From positions 1 through 29,207 of the IMG/VR virus record IMGVR_UViG_3300022178_004108: a DNA stretch of 29,207 bases. One strand, 5' to 3'. Positions 17,769 to 27,998 of this stretch are shown here, piece after piece. Source of the stretch: a virus. Lineage: Duplodnaviria; Caudoviricetes. Under the pieces are notes generated by a model. That model was given only the letters and a program-made list of their open reading frames with translations. It did not search any database and had not been told where the DNA came from. How positions within the stretch are numbered: position 1 is the first letter of the stretch; each line of letters starts with the position of its first letter. Both the position numbers and the translations under genes were made by a program.

Positions 17769-17771
17769 ATA

Positions 17772-18692
17772 TTAGTGTTTTATGATTTTGGATTTATTAC
17801 GCATAACCTGTGTAATCTCCTCAATTTTAATATTTGATAATCTAATTTTTGCATTTCTTTTAGCAGCTGATGTTTCTCTTTTGAAACGAGCTACCAAATA
17901 TTCAGGTGTATTTGCTCTTGTAGATAAAATAGCATAAGCTATGTATTTATATAAAGCTTCTTCTGCAAATTTATGTACAACCATTTCTTCATCAGTGCCT
18001 AGGCCATCTGAGATATATTTTAATGTAACTATTTTTCCTACAAATGAAGAGTCAAAGAATATAATGCCTTGAAGTTGATCTATATAAAAAACTCCGTTTG
18101 TCTGAGCTTGTTGCGGTGAAATACCATAACGTCTACCAAAATGATTAAAATAATAACCTCCGTCTAATTTATTGTCTAGACTATTTAAATTATTATTCAC
18201 CTCATTGCGGTTTGTAGATTCAAATCTTTTTTTTGTTTCTGAAGATTGAGCTGATATGACCTCTTGATCTTGTTCGTCAAAAAGATATTCGTAGTTATTA
18301 TCTTGCAGAATTGGGAACGGATTACTAGTGTGCTGAGCTGGATATATAACGCGTTCTATACCGTTAGAATCAACCCAAACTAGTTTTACATAGTTTACGT
18401 AGTCTTTCGGCAATACGAAGTTTAAATTAGGCCCTATCTCAATTTCAGCTGATTTAACAGATGGTAATATATCAAAGCTAAATTCTTGTATTCCACGCTG
18501 AGCATGAAAAGCCACATCCGTTCTTTTAACTTTAGGTATAATTTTTTCTTCACCTACATAAGATATAATAAAATTATTTATAATATCTTTAATGCTAGTA
18601 AATTGATAATTGCCATAATCTTCATCCCAGCTATTCCAAACGCTATCTGGGCCTAAGTAGTATTGTTCGTCTGTTTGATTTATTAAACCCAT
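17772..18692 (-). CDS. Neck/tail tubular (adaptor ring) protein
   Basis: 306 aa, with LPKDYVNYVKL and VHKFAEEALYKYIAY motifs typical of adaptor-type ring proteins; located just before the nozzle gene. Confidence 0.65.
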   Translation of the reverse strand: MGLINQTDEQYYLGPDSVWNSWDEDYGNYQFTSIKDIINNFIISYVGEEKIIPKVKRTDVAFHAQRGIQEFSFDILPSVKSAEIEIGPNLNFVLPKDYVNYVKLVWVDSNGIERVIYPAQHTSNPFPILQDNNYEYLFDEQDQEVISAQSSETKKRFESTNRNEVNNNLNSLDNKLDGGYYFNHFGRRYGISPQQAQTNGVFYIDQLQGIIFFDSSFVGKIVTLKYISDGLGTDEEMVVHKFAEEALYKYIAYAILSTRANTPEYLVARFKRETSAAKRNAKIRLSNIKIEEITQVMRNKSKIIKH

Positions 18693-18695
18693 ATG

Positions 18696-19427
18696 TTATG
18701 ATTTTTCTTGTTGGATAGTTTCTTGCTCTTCTTGATTCATAACTTGATATAAGTTAAGATCTTTTATTAATATGCCTGATAATTCTAATATTTTAATTAC
18801 AAGCTCTGTTTCATCTGATGGGTGCAATTCGAAATTAACTGAATTAGCAGCGTTATATAATGGTTCATCAAATACTATTTGGTAAGCCCATTGAACCTTA
18901 GCTGGTTTCTTTATATATTGAAACTCTACTTCAGCAACATTTATTATTTCGCTGTTTCCATAAACTCTGATTCCATTTGTGTTTGCCACAAATACAGGTC
19001 TAACGTTTTTAGGTTTTGTTAATGGGGATGAGTTTATGTATAAAAACTCGTTAGCGTTAATACGCTCTGCTTCAATGCTTTCTGTAGATGATACACCAAA
19101 GGGGTTTGTTGTTGTATTTTTATATATTACCGTACCCAATCTGTATAGGTCGGTTGGCTCGTCAAAAAAGTTTCCTGTACGAGTTGGTTGAGCTACAGTT
19201 TCAAATATGTTAATCTTTTCGTTAAGGAGATTTAACATGTCCGAATACTCTGTGCTATTACCTGGTATTCTACCAAATTGGTTTATATCGTAAAAGTATT
19301 GTTCGAATAAATCTTGTTGCGCTTGATTAGCAAATAAGTTAAATTCTTGAGCTGTTACATAGCCTCTTTGTTCTTTGTTAAGTATGCCAAGCACTCGCTG
19401 GTAAACACTATCCACGCTTATTGCCAT
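18696..19427 (-). CDS. Head-tail adaptor/ring structural protein
   Basis: 243 aa. N-terminal helices (LNKEQRGYVTAQEFNLFANQAQ), then YIKKP and FELHPSDETELVIKIL, a pattern typical of ring proteins. Position between capsid and tail genes. Confidence 0.65.
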   Translation of the reverse strand: MAISVDSVYQRVLGILNKEQRGYVTAQEFNLFANQAQQDLFEQYFYDINQFGRIPGNSTEYSDMLNLLNEKINIFETVAQPTRTGNFFDEPTDLYRLGTVIYKNTTTNPFGVSSTESIEAERINANEFLYINSSPLTKPKNVRPVFVANTNGIRVYGNSEIINVAEVEFQYIKKPAKVQWAYQIVFDEPLYNAANSVNFELHPSDETELVIKILELSGILIKDLNLYQVMNQEEQETIQQEKS

Positions 19428-19446
19428 TTGTATATTTTTTTATTAT

Positions 19447-19489
19447 TTATAGTAATTAGGCCACCATTACAGCGGCCTAGCTACTATAA
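19447..19489. other. Long intergenic inverted repeat/hairpin without a U-tract
   Basis: Minus strand TTATAGTAGCTAGGCCGCT-GTAAT-GGTGGCCTAATTACTATAA: about 19-bp stem with G-U pairs and one mismatch, followed by an A-rich leader. Confidence 0.7.
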
Positions 19490-19497
19490 TTAGTGAC

Positions 19498-20325
19498 TTA
19501 TTTAAGTCTTTTTAAAATTGTTTTGTAAACTTCCATTCCATCATCAGTCTTAAAGAAAGATGCTAATGCAGAATATGGGTGTTCATCAAAAGGAACTGTC
19601 ATTAATTTTCTGTTCCCATCGCCATATGTAAATGTACGTTGGTCTCCAGAAAGTTTTAATATACCGGCTTCAACGGCTTTAGCTCCTACATTCCTTAGCT
19701 CAATGGCATCGTCATTAGCTAATTCCATAAATAAGATAGGATTTCTTTTTGCAAAGATCATCAAATCTCTTTTTAATTCGCTTGAAGATAATGTCGTAAC
19801 TTTTTCCCCAAACTCAGATCTTAATATTGCTTCCGCATAATTAATATCCATACTTTTAGCAGCTGTTAAAGCTTCTAATTCATATTCAATCCAATCTAAT
19901 TCATTAACTGAATCTTGAACTGGATCTAGTTCTTTATATATACGATCTTTAAAAGGATGGTATATAGATAGTAACTTTTGTAAAGCAACGTCTTCTTTCT
20001 TTACAGTTAATGTACCATTTCTAAAAGCAATTCTACCTAGTGTTACTTCTCCCTTCTGCTCATCAACAAGTGGTGTTGGTTGATTAGTGGCATAACGAAG
20101 CTCACGTGCATAACCTAAGTCTTTGTCAAAATACAATAAAGGCTTACGCTGGCTGTGCCTTGATGGGATAGTAAATAATAAAGGAGATTTACCTGTAGCA
20201 AGGTAATAAGTTCTATCTTTAAATTCAAACACCGGTGTAGCTGGTGCTTTTTGAACTGGTGCGTTTTTTGCGACAGTTGGTTGAGGTGCAACCTCAGTTG
20301 TTTCTGCTGTAGCTTTTTTAGCCAT
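19498..20325 (-). CDS. Conserved virion-module protein downstream of the MCP (function unknown)
   Basis: 275 aa with a low-complexity Ala/Thr/Pro N-terminus; good coding context. Confidence 0.6.
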   Translation of the reverse strand: MAKKATAETTEVAPQPTVAKNAPVQKAPATPVFEFKDRTYYLATGKSPLLFTIPSRHSQRKPLLYFDKDLGYARELRYATNQPTPLVDEQKGEVTLGRIAFRNGTLTVKKEDVALQKLLSIYHPFKDRIYKELDPVQDSVNELDWIEYELEALTAAKSMDINYAEAILRSEFGEKVTTLSSSELKRDLMIFAKRNPILFMELANDDAIELRNVGAKAVEAGILKLSGDQRTFTYGDGNRKLMTVPFDEHPYSALASFFKTDDGMEVYKTILKRLK

Positions 20326-20350
20326 GATATAATATAATTAAATAATTGAT

Positions 20351-20396
20351 AAAAAGTAATAATTACCCCCGTCAGTACAACGAGGGTAACAATTAC
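20351..20396 (-). terminator. Rho-independent terminator after the major capsid gene
   Basis: Minus strand GTAATTGTTACCCTCGT-TGTACTG-ACGGGGGTAATTATTAC followed by TTTTT, about 10 nt after the MCP stop. Confidence 0.75.
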
Positions 20397-20405
20397 ATTA
20401 ATTTA

Positions 20406-21833
20406 CTATGCTGTTGCTTTTTTCAACAATACAAAGTTGTTAGCTCCTTGAACACATAAACATCTTTCTGATAAGAAATGAACGTTCATTGCATCTTCGT
20501 CACTTGTATAGTTTCCACCAACGGATCCGGTAATCCAAGACTTCATCTTACGATCGTCAGCTTCAGAAGCTCTATAACGGATGTGTAAGAATGGTCGTGA
20601 AATATTTTTTCCTAATTGCTGATCGTAAACTGTAGAAGTTCCTGCAGGTACAATAACACCTTCAACATCTCCAACTAATCCACGAGTAGTAGCGTCGTTT
20701 AAGTATTTCCAGTCAGTCTTATAGAAATCGTAAGATCCTCTACGGAATCCGCTAAACCCTAAGTTCAACGCCATATCTTCAGAGTTGTCAAATACACCGT
20801 AAGATGTACCTCCCCCACCGTAAGAATTTTGAGCGGCTAACATATTGTCAATGCCTAAAGAAGTAGCACGGTCTAAGAAAAGCATGTTTTCCTCAATAGC
20901 TCCTTGCTTATCAAGTTCCTGTAGAATTTGATCAAAATCTTCTAATCCACCTGCAGCTCCAAAATTAGAGTCTGTATAAACAAGACCTCTAGTTTCAAGA
21001 GCAGCAAAAAGCCCGTCAGAACCTGTAAGCTCAGTACCTCCGCCCAATCCAGCAGCTGGTGTGATTGCTGTAGCTGCTTTTTCAGCTTCAATCATTGCCA
21101 TTTCTAATTGGTCTTCAAAACGAATACGTGCTTCGTGCTCAGACTTTAAGTACCATAAGTAACCAGATGTTCCAGCTTCAGTAGTAACTTCAACCCATCC
21201 AATTTGAGCAGTATCAGAACCGCTTACGTTGTATTTATCTCTAAGGATAATTGGTTTGTTGTTAAACTGCTCGAAAGCCGCATCAACAGAAGTACCTGCG
21301 TTAGAAGTTCCTTTTGCATATTCAGAACCGTATACAAATACTTTACCATCAGCGTGAGCTGTGATTGTTGTAGCTGCATAACCTACTACTGTTAATGTAA
21401 CAGCGCCTGCTACTGGGGCAGCTGCTGACTGAACATAAGCTTTTTCTACCGTTAACCCGTCAGCTGAAGCGACTACGATTGTAGCTCCTGGGCCAATAAC
21501 GTTTTGGTTAACCCCACCTGCTCCTGCTGGAATTGTTACTGTAGTTGTAGTTGTTACTACTGGGTCATATGCGATATGTAATCTCCCCTGCTCAGACCAT
21601 ACTACTGTATCTGAAGCCATAGGCATTTCTGCTCCTACCATACGTAAGAATCCAGAGATCGTACGGTTTCCGTAACGCTCTACTTCTTTCTCATATACTT
21701 CTGGTAAGAACTGTTGTGTAAAATCTAAATCATTTAGAGTTAGATAGTTATCGTTAAATAACGTTTGTGTTGGGCGTGGTGTTAAGTGCGCTAAAGCACC
21801 TGCACTGCCTGTAAATGAACCTGCTGCGGCCAT
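20406..21833 (-). CDS. Major capsid protein (HK97-like fold presumed)
   Basis: 475 aa, follows the portal and scaffold genes and is followed by a terminator. Motifs QQFLPEVYEKEVERYGNR, WSEQGRLH, GLFAALETRG, LGFSGFRRGSYDFYK and HFLSERCL. Codon usage suggests high expression (CGT, GCT, TCT). Confidence 0.88.
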   Translation of the reverse strand: MAAAGSFTGSAGALAHLTPRPTQTLFNDNYLTLNDLDFTQQFLPEVYEKEVERYGNRTISGFLRMVGAEMPMASDTVVWSEQGRLHIAYDPVVTTTTTVTIPAGAGGVNQNVIGPGATIVVASADGLTVEKAYVQSAAAPVAGAVTLTVVGYAATTITAHADGKVFVYGSEYAKGTSNAGTSVDAAFEQFNNKPIILRDKYNVSGSDTAQIGWVEVTTEAGTSGYLWYLKSEHEARIRFEDQLEMAMIEAEKAATAITPAAGLGGGTELTGSDGLFAALETRGLVYTDSNFGAAGGLEDFDQILQELDKQGAIEENMLFLDRATSLGIDNMLAAQNSYGGGGTSYGVFDNSEDMALNLGFSGFRRGSYDFYKTDWKYLNDATTRGLVGDVEGVIVPAGTSTVYDQQLGKNISRPFLHIRYRASEADDRKMKSWITGSVGGNYTSDEDAMNVHFLSERCLCVQGANNFVLLKKATA

Positions 21834-21858
21834 AATTTTTAAGTTTTAAGTTGTTGTT

Positions 21859-23049
21859 TTATCTTCTTTTAATTCCGAATTTAGGCGAACTAGAAGATTT
21901 AATTGACTTAACCGTAAAGCCGCCCGGCATACTGACTTTTTCATGAGCACCTCTTGGGCTCATATCAATATTCTTGGCTTTTTCAACACTGCTTCTCATT
22001 GCGTCGGCTTTGCCTTGCTCGTAGAAGTGGTTTGCAATTGCATCTGGGTTCATAGCTGTAAATAAAGACTTGTGATAACCAGCCGCGTCACTCATTTCAT
22101 TTTTATCGTTCAAGAACTTCTTGACCAAATTATTGATGTCGCTTTGGGTGTCTTTAACCTGATCCACATTGTTTACTTTAAACCTAAACTTCTTTTCCCC
22201 AACGTTGAAATCAAAACCTTTGAAATCATTAGAAAAAAGCTTTTCTGTTTTGTTTTTAAATGTAGATACTTGTTGTTCAACTACTTTAGTTGCCTGTTCG
22301 TTTTCTTTTGTATAACGGTTAAAAAACTCAACCGCTTTTTGTTGTTCTGGATTTAATTTTGATCCAGCTTTTATTTCTTCGTAATACCTAGTCTTTAATC
22401 CGTCTAAGTGATTTTTAGCTTTAGCCAACTCTTCCTTGTGAGCTAACTTTTTTCTACGTACCTCACGATCGTCGTCTAGTTCTTCGTCATAAGCAAAATT
22501 ATCTTCCATTAAGAAAGAAATTTCTTCAGAGTCTAAGTGAGGACGCGTTGTTTCGTAATACTCTCTTAATAATTGTGTTTCATTTAATGAAGCATAATCG
22601 GTATTAAGCTTTACATAGTCTTCTAAACTTCCACCCGTATCATTCATAAACTCAACTACCTTTTGAATATTCTCTGGTAATTCAATTCCTGAATCTTGCT
22701 GTTCAGCAATAGCTTCTTGAATATCTTCTTGAAGATCTTCTACTTGTTCCGCAACCTCTTCATCTGTTATTTCTTGAAGAACGGATTCTTCAACCTGAAT
22801 GGACTCTTCGTTATTTTGGACGGGCTCCCGTACTTCTTCAACCACTTCTTCGCTACTTGACGTGTCTTGGGGTTGCTCGACAGGAACATCGCTTGCATCT
22901 GTTTCTTGCTCTGGAATGGCATCTTTTGTTGGTTTATTTAATTCTGATAAATCAACCTTAATAATGCCGTCCTCAAACGACATAGGTTTTGTTTCTTGTG
23001 CCGTAGTTTCTTCAACTGCAGTCACATCTTTTTCTAGTTCTTCTGACAT
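21859..23049 (-). CDS. Probable capsid scaffolding protein
   Basis: 396 aa, extremely acidic disordered N-terminus, helical body and basic C-terminal tip; located between portal and MCP. Confidence 0.65.
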   Translation of the reverse strand: MSEELEKDVTAVEETTAQETKPMSFEDGIIKVDLSELNKPTKDAIPEQETDASDVPVEQPQDTSSSEEVVEEVREPVQNNEESIQVEESVLQEITDEEVAEQVEDLQEDIQEAIAEQQDSGIELPENIQKVVEFMNDTGGSLEDYVKLNTDYASLNETQLLREYYETTRPHLDSEEISFLMEDNFAYDEELDDDREVRRKKLAHKEELAKAKNHLDGLKTRYYEEIKAGSKLNPEQQKAVEFFNRYTKENEQATKVVEQQVSTFKNKTEKLFSNDFKGFDFNVGEKKFRFKVNNVDQVKDTQSDINNLVKKFLNDKNEMSDAAGYHKSLFTAMNPDAIANHFYEQGKADAMRSSVEKAKNIDMSPRGAHEKVSMPGGFTVKSIKSSSSPKFGIKRR

Positions 23050-23083
23050 GATAAAATATTATATAATTATTATTATTATTACC
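23050..23083 (-). promoter_or_regulatory. Candidate promoter/leader GGTAATAATAATAATAATTATATAAT upstream of scaffold-MCP
   Basis: Shares the GTAAT(W)AATAAT core with the motifs at 9834-9853 and 29006-29026, and overlaps the portal stop codon. Confidence 0.35.
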
Positions 23084-25505
23084 TAGGCTCGAAGGAACCT
23101 AAGTTAAAATTGCCGCTAAGTATGTCGTTTCCGCTAGATTCGAAGTTTTTAGGAGGCAAATCGTTTTGTCTTTGACTTATTAATTCACTTTGTTGTGTTG
23201 CTTGTAATTTCGTACGTTCGTCTTTACGGTCTTCTTTTTCTTTTATTTCCGTTTTCTTTCCTTGCACTTCAATGCCTTTTAAACGCATATTCATTTCAAA
23301 CTCTAGTTGCATAAGCTCCTTTTTAAGAGAAGCTTCTTGAAGTAGCTTTTGAGAATCAATCTGGGCCTTAGCTTGCTCTAATGCAATCTTCTGTTGTATT
23401 AATGCTTGTTGTTTTTGTACTTCCGCTTGAGCAGCTACTTGCTGTGCTTGAGCGTTAGCGTCAGCTTGAGCTTGTATATTTTGCTGTTGCATTTGCTGAT
23501 CTTTCAATTGCTTTTCGTTTCTTCGTATCTTAAGTAATTGATTAGCTAGTTTAAGGTTTTTAATTTCTCTTAAATCAATAGCGTCTGATAAATCAATAAG
23601 ACCACTTTGAACAGCTGCTTGTATATTGTTTTCTAATACAGCTCTTTGTTCATCATCTGGTTGCAATTCAATAAATATACCAAAGTCATATAAGTATAAA
23701 TCACTCATTTCCTCTAGTACTGCTACATTCTGATTACCTATCTTATGTATAAACGCTTCTTTTGTTGGCGAATATTCTAGTATATCAGATATTCTTAATG
23801 ATAATCCTTCACATAAATCTGCAGTTAAAAATAAACTACCTTCTAATATATGTCGTGTTGCTACATTTGAATTAGCAGCAGCAAGTTTTTGAACGCCAAC
23901 TAATGCTCTAGCATCCGGTGTACTTCCATCTCTAGCTTCATTCAGACCCGTTACATCACGGATCATTTGCATGTAGTAATTGTAATTAGTAATTAAGCTT
24001 TGCATTTTTTGACCACCTGCTCCAGTTGTTATTTCTTGAATAGGTACTTTGCCGGGGTTCATATCGCCGTCTTGCGTAAATGATCTACCAATTACAGAAC
24101 CAGTTTGAAAAAACATATTTAATGCTTCTTGCGGATTGTAATTTGTTCCATTACCTAAATCAACCTCAGCTAAACCATCAGCGTCAAGGTAAACTCCATC
24201 TGGAACCATTCTTGACATAACTTGTTGAAGCTTTAAATGCGTAAGCTGAATCATATCTGCAAACCCTGTTATACGGCTTACTATAGACTCAATCCTGCCT
24301 CTATACATTCTTGGAGCTACAATACTGTAATTCATTTTAACTTTAGAATAATCGCTTTTTGGTCGTATCATATTCTTAGCTAACTCCCATTTAAGCAACT
24401 CTCCACCTAGTATTTTCACGCCTTCATAAACAACTTCTAAAGATTTTGACAATTTAGATATGCCATACTCTTCATACATTTCTTCCGGAGGATTAAACTC
24501 ATCAGTCTTAGGTATTATTTTTGCTGCTCCCGTTGCTGTTTCTTTAACTTTGTAAACTTCGTTCGTAAAAGTCTTATAATTAAAGTAAAGAACCTGTACA
24601 GTATTTGAATCATCATAATCAGAGTTACTGAGCGTTCTATCGTAGAATCCATTGTTGCTTGTGTTTTGTCCTGCAATTTTTTGCAAATCGTCATTAGTAA
24701 GCCAAGGAAATTCTTTTTTAAGTTCGTTCAAATGAACAGCTTTTACTTCACCTACATAATATATGTCTTCAAAATAAGGTGAATCAGTATATGACCAAAC
24801 TAAATTAACTGGATCAACATAATCTACAGTAGCTCCTTCTGCTTTGCTAAATGTATTTTTAACTGCTCCAATTCCTATAGTAGTTAAATCATAATTACAT
24901 CTACGTCTAATTAAATCATAATTATTGCCTTCTAATAAAGTGTTTAAAGCTTGCTCTTCAGCTAGTTCAACTTGTTGTTTATAACTAAGTTGCATATGCA
25001 AATCAAGCTCTTCTTTGTTTTTAGGCAATGGATCTACGTTGCTTTCAAATAAATTTACACCAAATTCTTTTCTAGCAAAGTCATTTAGTTCTTTAGTTTG
25101 CATATCACGTATAATAGCTTCCATGTATTTAGTTCGTTTCTCAACGCCATATGGATCTTGTGAATACGCTTTAATATCAAATTGTCTATCTGAAATACCG
25201 TTAACAACTATATCTACAAATTTTGGAATAATAGGAACTGGTTTCCAATCTAAATTTAAATAAGATAAATCACCGTTAATAGATAATTCATCTTTATATT
25301 TCTGTATACCTTGCTCTCCTCGAGCGTACAATCTAAGATTGTGAAAAGTCGCTTGATTACTTTTAAATCGGCTATTTCCATTATCGGAACTAAACCATTC
25401 ATTTTCTATAGCTCTACCAATGGTGTTACCATAATCTTTTGACATTTTCTCGGCATCGCTTGCTATTTGACTCGGAAAATAACTTGTTACAACTGACTCA
25501 GCCAT
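23079..25505 (-). CDS. Portal protein
   Basis: 808 aa, directly after TerL. Motifs PIIPKFVDIVVNG and IRDVTGLNEARDG, and a long Gln-rich C-terminal coiled coil resembling a P22-type portal barrel. Confidence 0.88.
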   Translation of the reverse strand: MAESVVTSYFPSQIASDAEKMSKDYGNTIGRAIENEWFSSDNGNSRFKSNQATFHNLRLYARGEQGIQKYKDELSINGDLSYLNLDWKPVPIIPKFVDIVVNGISDRQFDIKAYSQDPYGVEKRTKYMEAIIRDMQTKELNDFARKEFGVNLFESNVDPLPKNKEELDLHMQLSYKQQVELAEEQALNTLLEGNNYDLIRRRCNYDLTTIGIGAVKNTFSKAEGATVDYVDPVNLVWSYTDSPYFEDIYYVGEVKAVHLNELKKEFPWLTNDDLQKIAGQNTSNNGFYDRTLSNSDYDDSNTVQVLYFNYKTFTNEVYKVKETATGAAKIIPKTDEFNPPEEMYEEYGISKLSKSLEVVYEGVKILGGELLKWELAKNMIRPKSDYSKVKMNYSIVAPRMYRGRIESIVSRITGFADMIQLTHLKLQQVMSRMVPDGVYLDADGLAEVDLGNGTNYNPQEALNMFFQTGSVIGRSFTQDGDMNPGKVPIQEITTGAGGQKMQSLITNYNYYMQMIRDVTGLNEARDGSTPDARALVGVQKLAAANSNVATRHILEGSLFLTADLCEGLSLRISDILEYSPTKEAFIHKIGNQNVAVLEEMSDLYLYDFGIFIELQPDDEQRAVLENNIQAAVQSGLIDLSDAIDLREIKNLKLANQLLKIRRNEKQLKDQQMQQQNIQAQADANAQAQQVAAQAEVQKQQALIQQKIALEQAKAQIDSQKLLQEASLKKELMQLEFEMNMRLKGIEVQGKKTEIKEKEDRKDERTKLQATQQSELISQRQNDLPPKNFESSGNDILSGNFNLGSFEPR

Positions 25506-25509
25506 ATTT

Positions 25510-27723
25510 TTATTTTTCTATTAGTTTTGATAAACCACCGGAATTGGTGTATTTAGCTATTTTTAAATTTATTTTATTTTTTTCTACTTGAGGCTTTGGA
25601 TGATACAAATGTCTGTTGCATGCCATTATCGCTAATCCCGAACTAATAGCAGCATCAAATTTTGTTCTTTTATTTATATCAAATCTAGACCATTCATTTA
25701 GAGTGGTGTTAAAATACATAGTACCATAACTACCATCCTCTTGCAAACCTACATGACTATCTATATAACTCTCAATAGCTGCCGCGTGAGCTTGCTTAAT
25801 ATCTTCACTTGAGTTAGGCATTCCACCAATTTCACGCTCAGTAACTGAAAGTTTATTCCAAACCTTATCTGGCCTGTTCATAGAATAACCTCTATATCCC
25901 CTGCGTTTAAAATAGTATAACAATCTAGGTTTATTATTTTCTGCTAATATAGGCATTCCGTAAAAAACACAAGCCATCAAAACATCTTCAAAAAACATTT
26001 CTGCGGTTTGTGGCCTAGCTATATATTCTAAAAAAAACGTATTCGCAGGAGCGTCTTCCATACTAAACTTAGTTAACCCATGCAATGCGCCTTTAGAACC
26101 TTGTCCATCTGTTGTTCCCGATATATCATAACTATCACAACCAAATGCACCCATATGTTCATTACCTGGACTTTTCAAACCATTTTTAAGGTTTTGTCGG
26201 TTTTGTAAATTTACACCAGGCACCCAAGATACCTTAAATCTTCCACTAGGATTTGGTGTAAATATAACCGTAGAGTCCTTAACTCCGTTAGCCCACTGAA
26301 AATTACCTTTGGTTAATACATTAGTATTACCTAGATCTTCATTGTAATCTATTTGTTCGTATATTTTTACTAAGTTAAATATACTGTTTTTTGTTTCATC
26401 TCTAAAAGCGTGTTCCTCTGTACGCGGAAACTGTCTATAAAACTCATTTAAAGCATCCTGGTCGCCTTTTAATCCTTCAGCTTCATTATTCCAGTGCTCT
26501 ATTACTCCAACGTCTATAATGTCTCCATTTGGATCTACTGTTTCTTTTTCTGGAGTATCAAACACAGGTATTCCGTATTCATCAATAAAACCTTCGTAAT
26601 TCCATTCCATTGGTATAAACAAAGAATATAAACCCGAAGCCGTTTGTCCGTTTCTATTTCTTTTGGCGACATCAGAGTTATTATAGAGTTTTTTAAAATT
26701 GTCTCCTCCTTTGTCTAAAGCATTTGATGTTGATCCCATCATACACTTACCAATAACTCTAGAACCTAATCTTAGGGTAGTTTTTGTAACTCTCCAGTTG
26801 TTTAAAATATTATCTGGCCTTTCCCACTTTCCACTTTCATCATGCACCAGCAGTTTTAGTTTTTCACCATCATAAGAGTTGTCCCCTGTATTTTTCCAGT
26901 CAATAGTTGTATCAAGCCCTTCTAATAATTCTTGACCTTGATTATTTTGTATAGATTTTCTAGTTAATCTTGACGCGGGAATTCTATAAGCAAGTTCTGT
27001 TTTTGGTCTATCCATACCGTCTTGTATTGGCTTAAAAAAGAACGGGTAGTTAACGGATATTGGAACGACTTTATCTGTGAACATTTTTTTAGCATCAGAA
27101 CCTGATTTTGACAATATGCCAAATCTTGCATCAGATGATATTGTTGCAAGGTTAACGGTTTCTGCTGATGACATAAAAGAGAATCCAGATCGCCGGTTTT
27201 TAAGATAGCACATTCCGTAACAACGTGAATCTGCTTTGCAAGCCTCCCAGAATATAAAGAATAGTCTGTTTGCTTCCCTAAAGTCTGGCTTCCCAATGTC
27301 AATCTTGCTGAACTGCAAGTACATAAAGTGAGTGCCAGTAATGTAAGTAGCCACGCCTTTATTATTGAACCAATGGCCTTCTTCTCTGCGTTTAAATTGT
27401 TCATCTATATAGGGTTCCCACTTGTTTTGAAAATTCTCTGGGTAATCCCGCCAGTCAAACACACTCGATATTGACTTTAGCTCTTTAGGATATTCCTCTG
27501 CTTTCCATTTATTAGCGGATTTATTTATTGTACTAGGTTGTTTTGGAAGGGCTATTTTAAGATTTTGTATATTGTATATTTCGCCAATCTGTCCTGTCTT
27601 GCTTATAACAACAACGTCGTGTTCTTTGTTATAACCATATTTCCACTTTTTAGCCTTATTAAGTCTTGCTATAGTATTTGATCTTATTGGCGTAACTACG
27701 CTATATAATGACTGCTCGTACAT
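25510..27723 (-). CDS. terL: Terminase large subunit
   Basis: Walker A-like LKNRRSGFS, Walker B LLVHDESGKW, coupling motif GSTS, RNase H-like nuclease motifs GCDSYD and FDAAIS. Confidence 0.92.
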   Translation of the reverse strand: MYEQSLYSVVTPIRSNTIARLNKAKKWKYGYNKEHDVVVISKTGQIGEIYNIQNLKIALPKQPSTINKSANKWKAEEYPKELKSISSVFDWRDYPENFQNKWEPYIDEQFKRREEGHWFNNKGVATYITGTHFMYLQFSKIDIGKPDFREANRLFFIFWEACKADSRCYGMCYLKNRRSGFSFMSSAETVNLATISSDARFGILSKSGSDAKKMFTDKVVPISVNYPFFFKPIQDGMDRPKTELAYRIPASRLTRKSIQNNQGQELLEGLDTTIDWKNTGDNSYDGEKLKLLVHDESGKWERPDNILNNWRVTKTTLRLGSRVIGKCMMGSTSNALDKGGDNFKKLYNNSDVAKRNRNGQTASGLYSLFIPMEWNYEGFIDEYGIPVFDTPEKETVDPNGDIIDVGVIEHWNNEAEGLKGDQDALNEFYRQFPRTEEHAFRDETKNSIFNLVKIYEQIDYNEDLGNTNVLTKGNFQWANGVKDSTVIFTPNPSGRFKVSWVPGVNLQNRQNLKNGLKSPGNEHMGAFGCDSYDISGTTDGQGSKGALHGLTKFSMEDAPANTFFLEYIARPQTAEMFFEDVLMACVFYGMPILAENNKPRLLYYFKRRGYRGYSMNRPDKVWNKLSVTEREIGGMPNSSEDIKQAHAAAIESYIDSHVGLQEDGSYGTMYFNTTLNEWSRFDINKRTKFDAAISSGLAIMACNRHLYHPKPQVEKNKINLKIAKYTNSGGLSKLIEK

Positions 27724-27998
27724 TATTTAGATCTTTTTTCTGCAAACCCTTTGAAAGCTTTTTTCTCAACTTCTTCTTTAGGTTTATTATTCAACAAGTC
27801 CTCCTCTTCCTTTATTCTATTTAATATCTCAAAAGCATCAAATATTGCTAGCTTTTTTGTAGCAGCAGCATTTTTAAGTCTGTCAGCTGATATATCATCT
27901 CCTGAGTCAACGATCTTTTCGCCTGCTACCTTTATTAATTCCTCAACTGCTTTGTGTCCAGCTTGGATTATATTCCTCTTCGTTTCCTTGATATTCAT
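27723..27998 (-). CDS. Putative terminase small subunit (91 aa, start MNIKETKRN)
   Basis: Helical, charged protein whose stop overlaps the TerL ATG (TAATG). ATG at 27998 is preferred over the track start at 28085. Function inferred from position. Confidence 0.5.
   Translation of the reverse strand: MNIKETKRNIIQAGHKAVEELIKVAGEKIVDSGDDISADRLKNAAATKKLAIFDAFEILNRIKEEEDLLNNKPKEEVEKKAFKGFAEKRSK

Noticed and set aside
23066-23081. (ATT)5 microsatellite as a contingency locus
   Set aside because: Short, in an AT-rich leader, and better explained as part of the GTAATAAT motif.
16490-27404. Nested alternate-frame minus-strand ORFs (16490-16687, 17156-17359, 26964-27404)
   Set aside because: They lie fully inside the nozzle or TerL genes and show no recognisable motifs.
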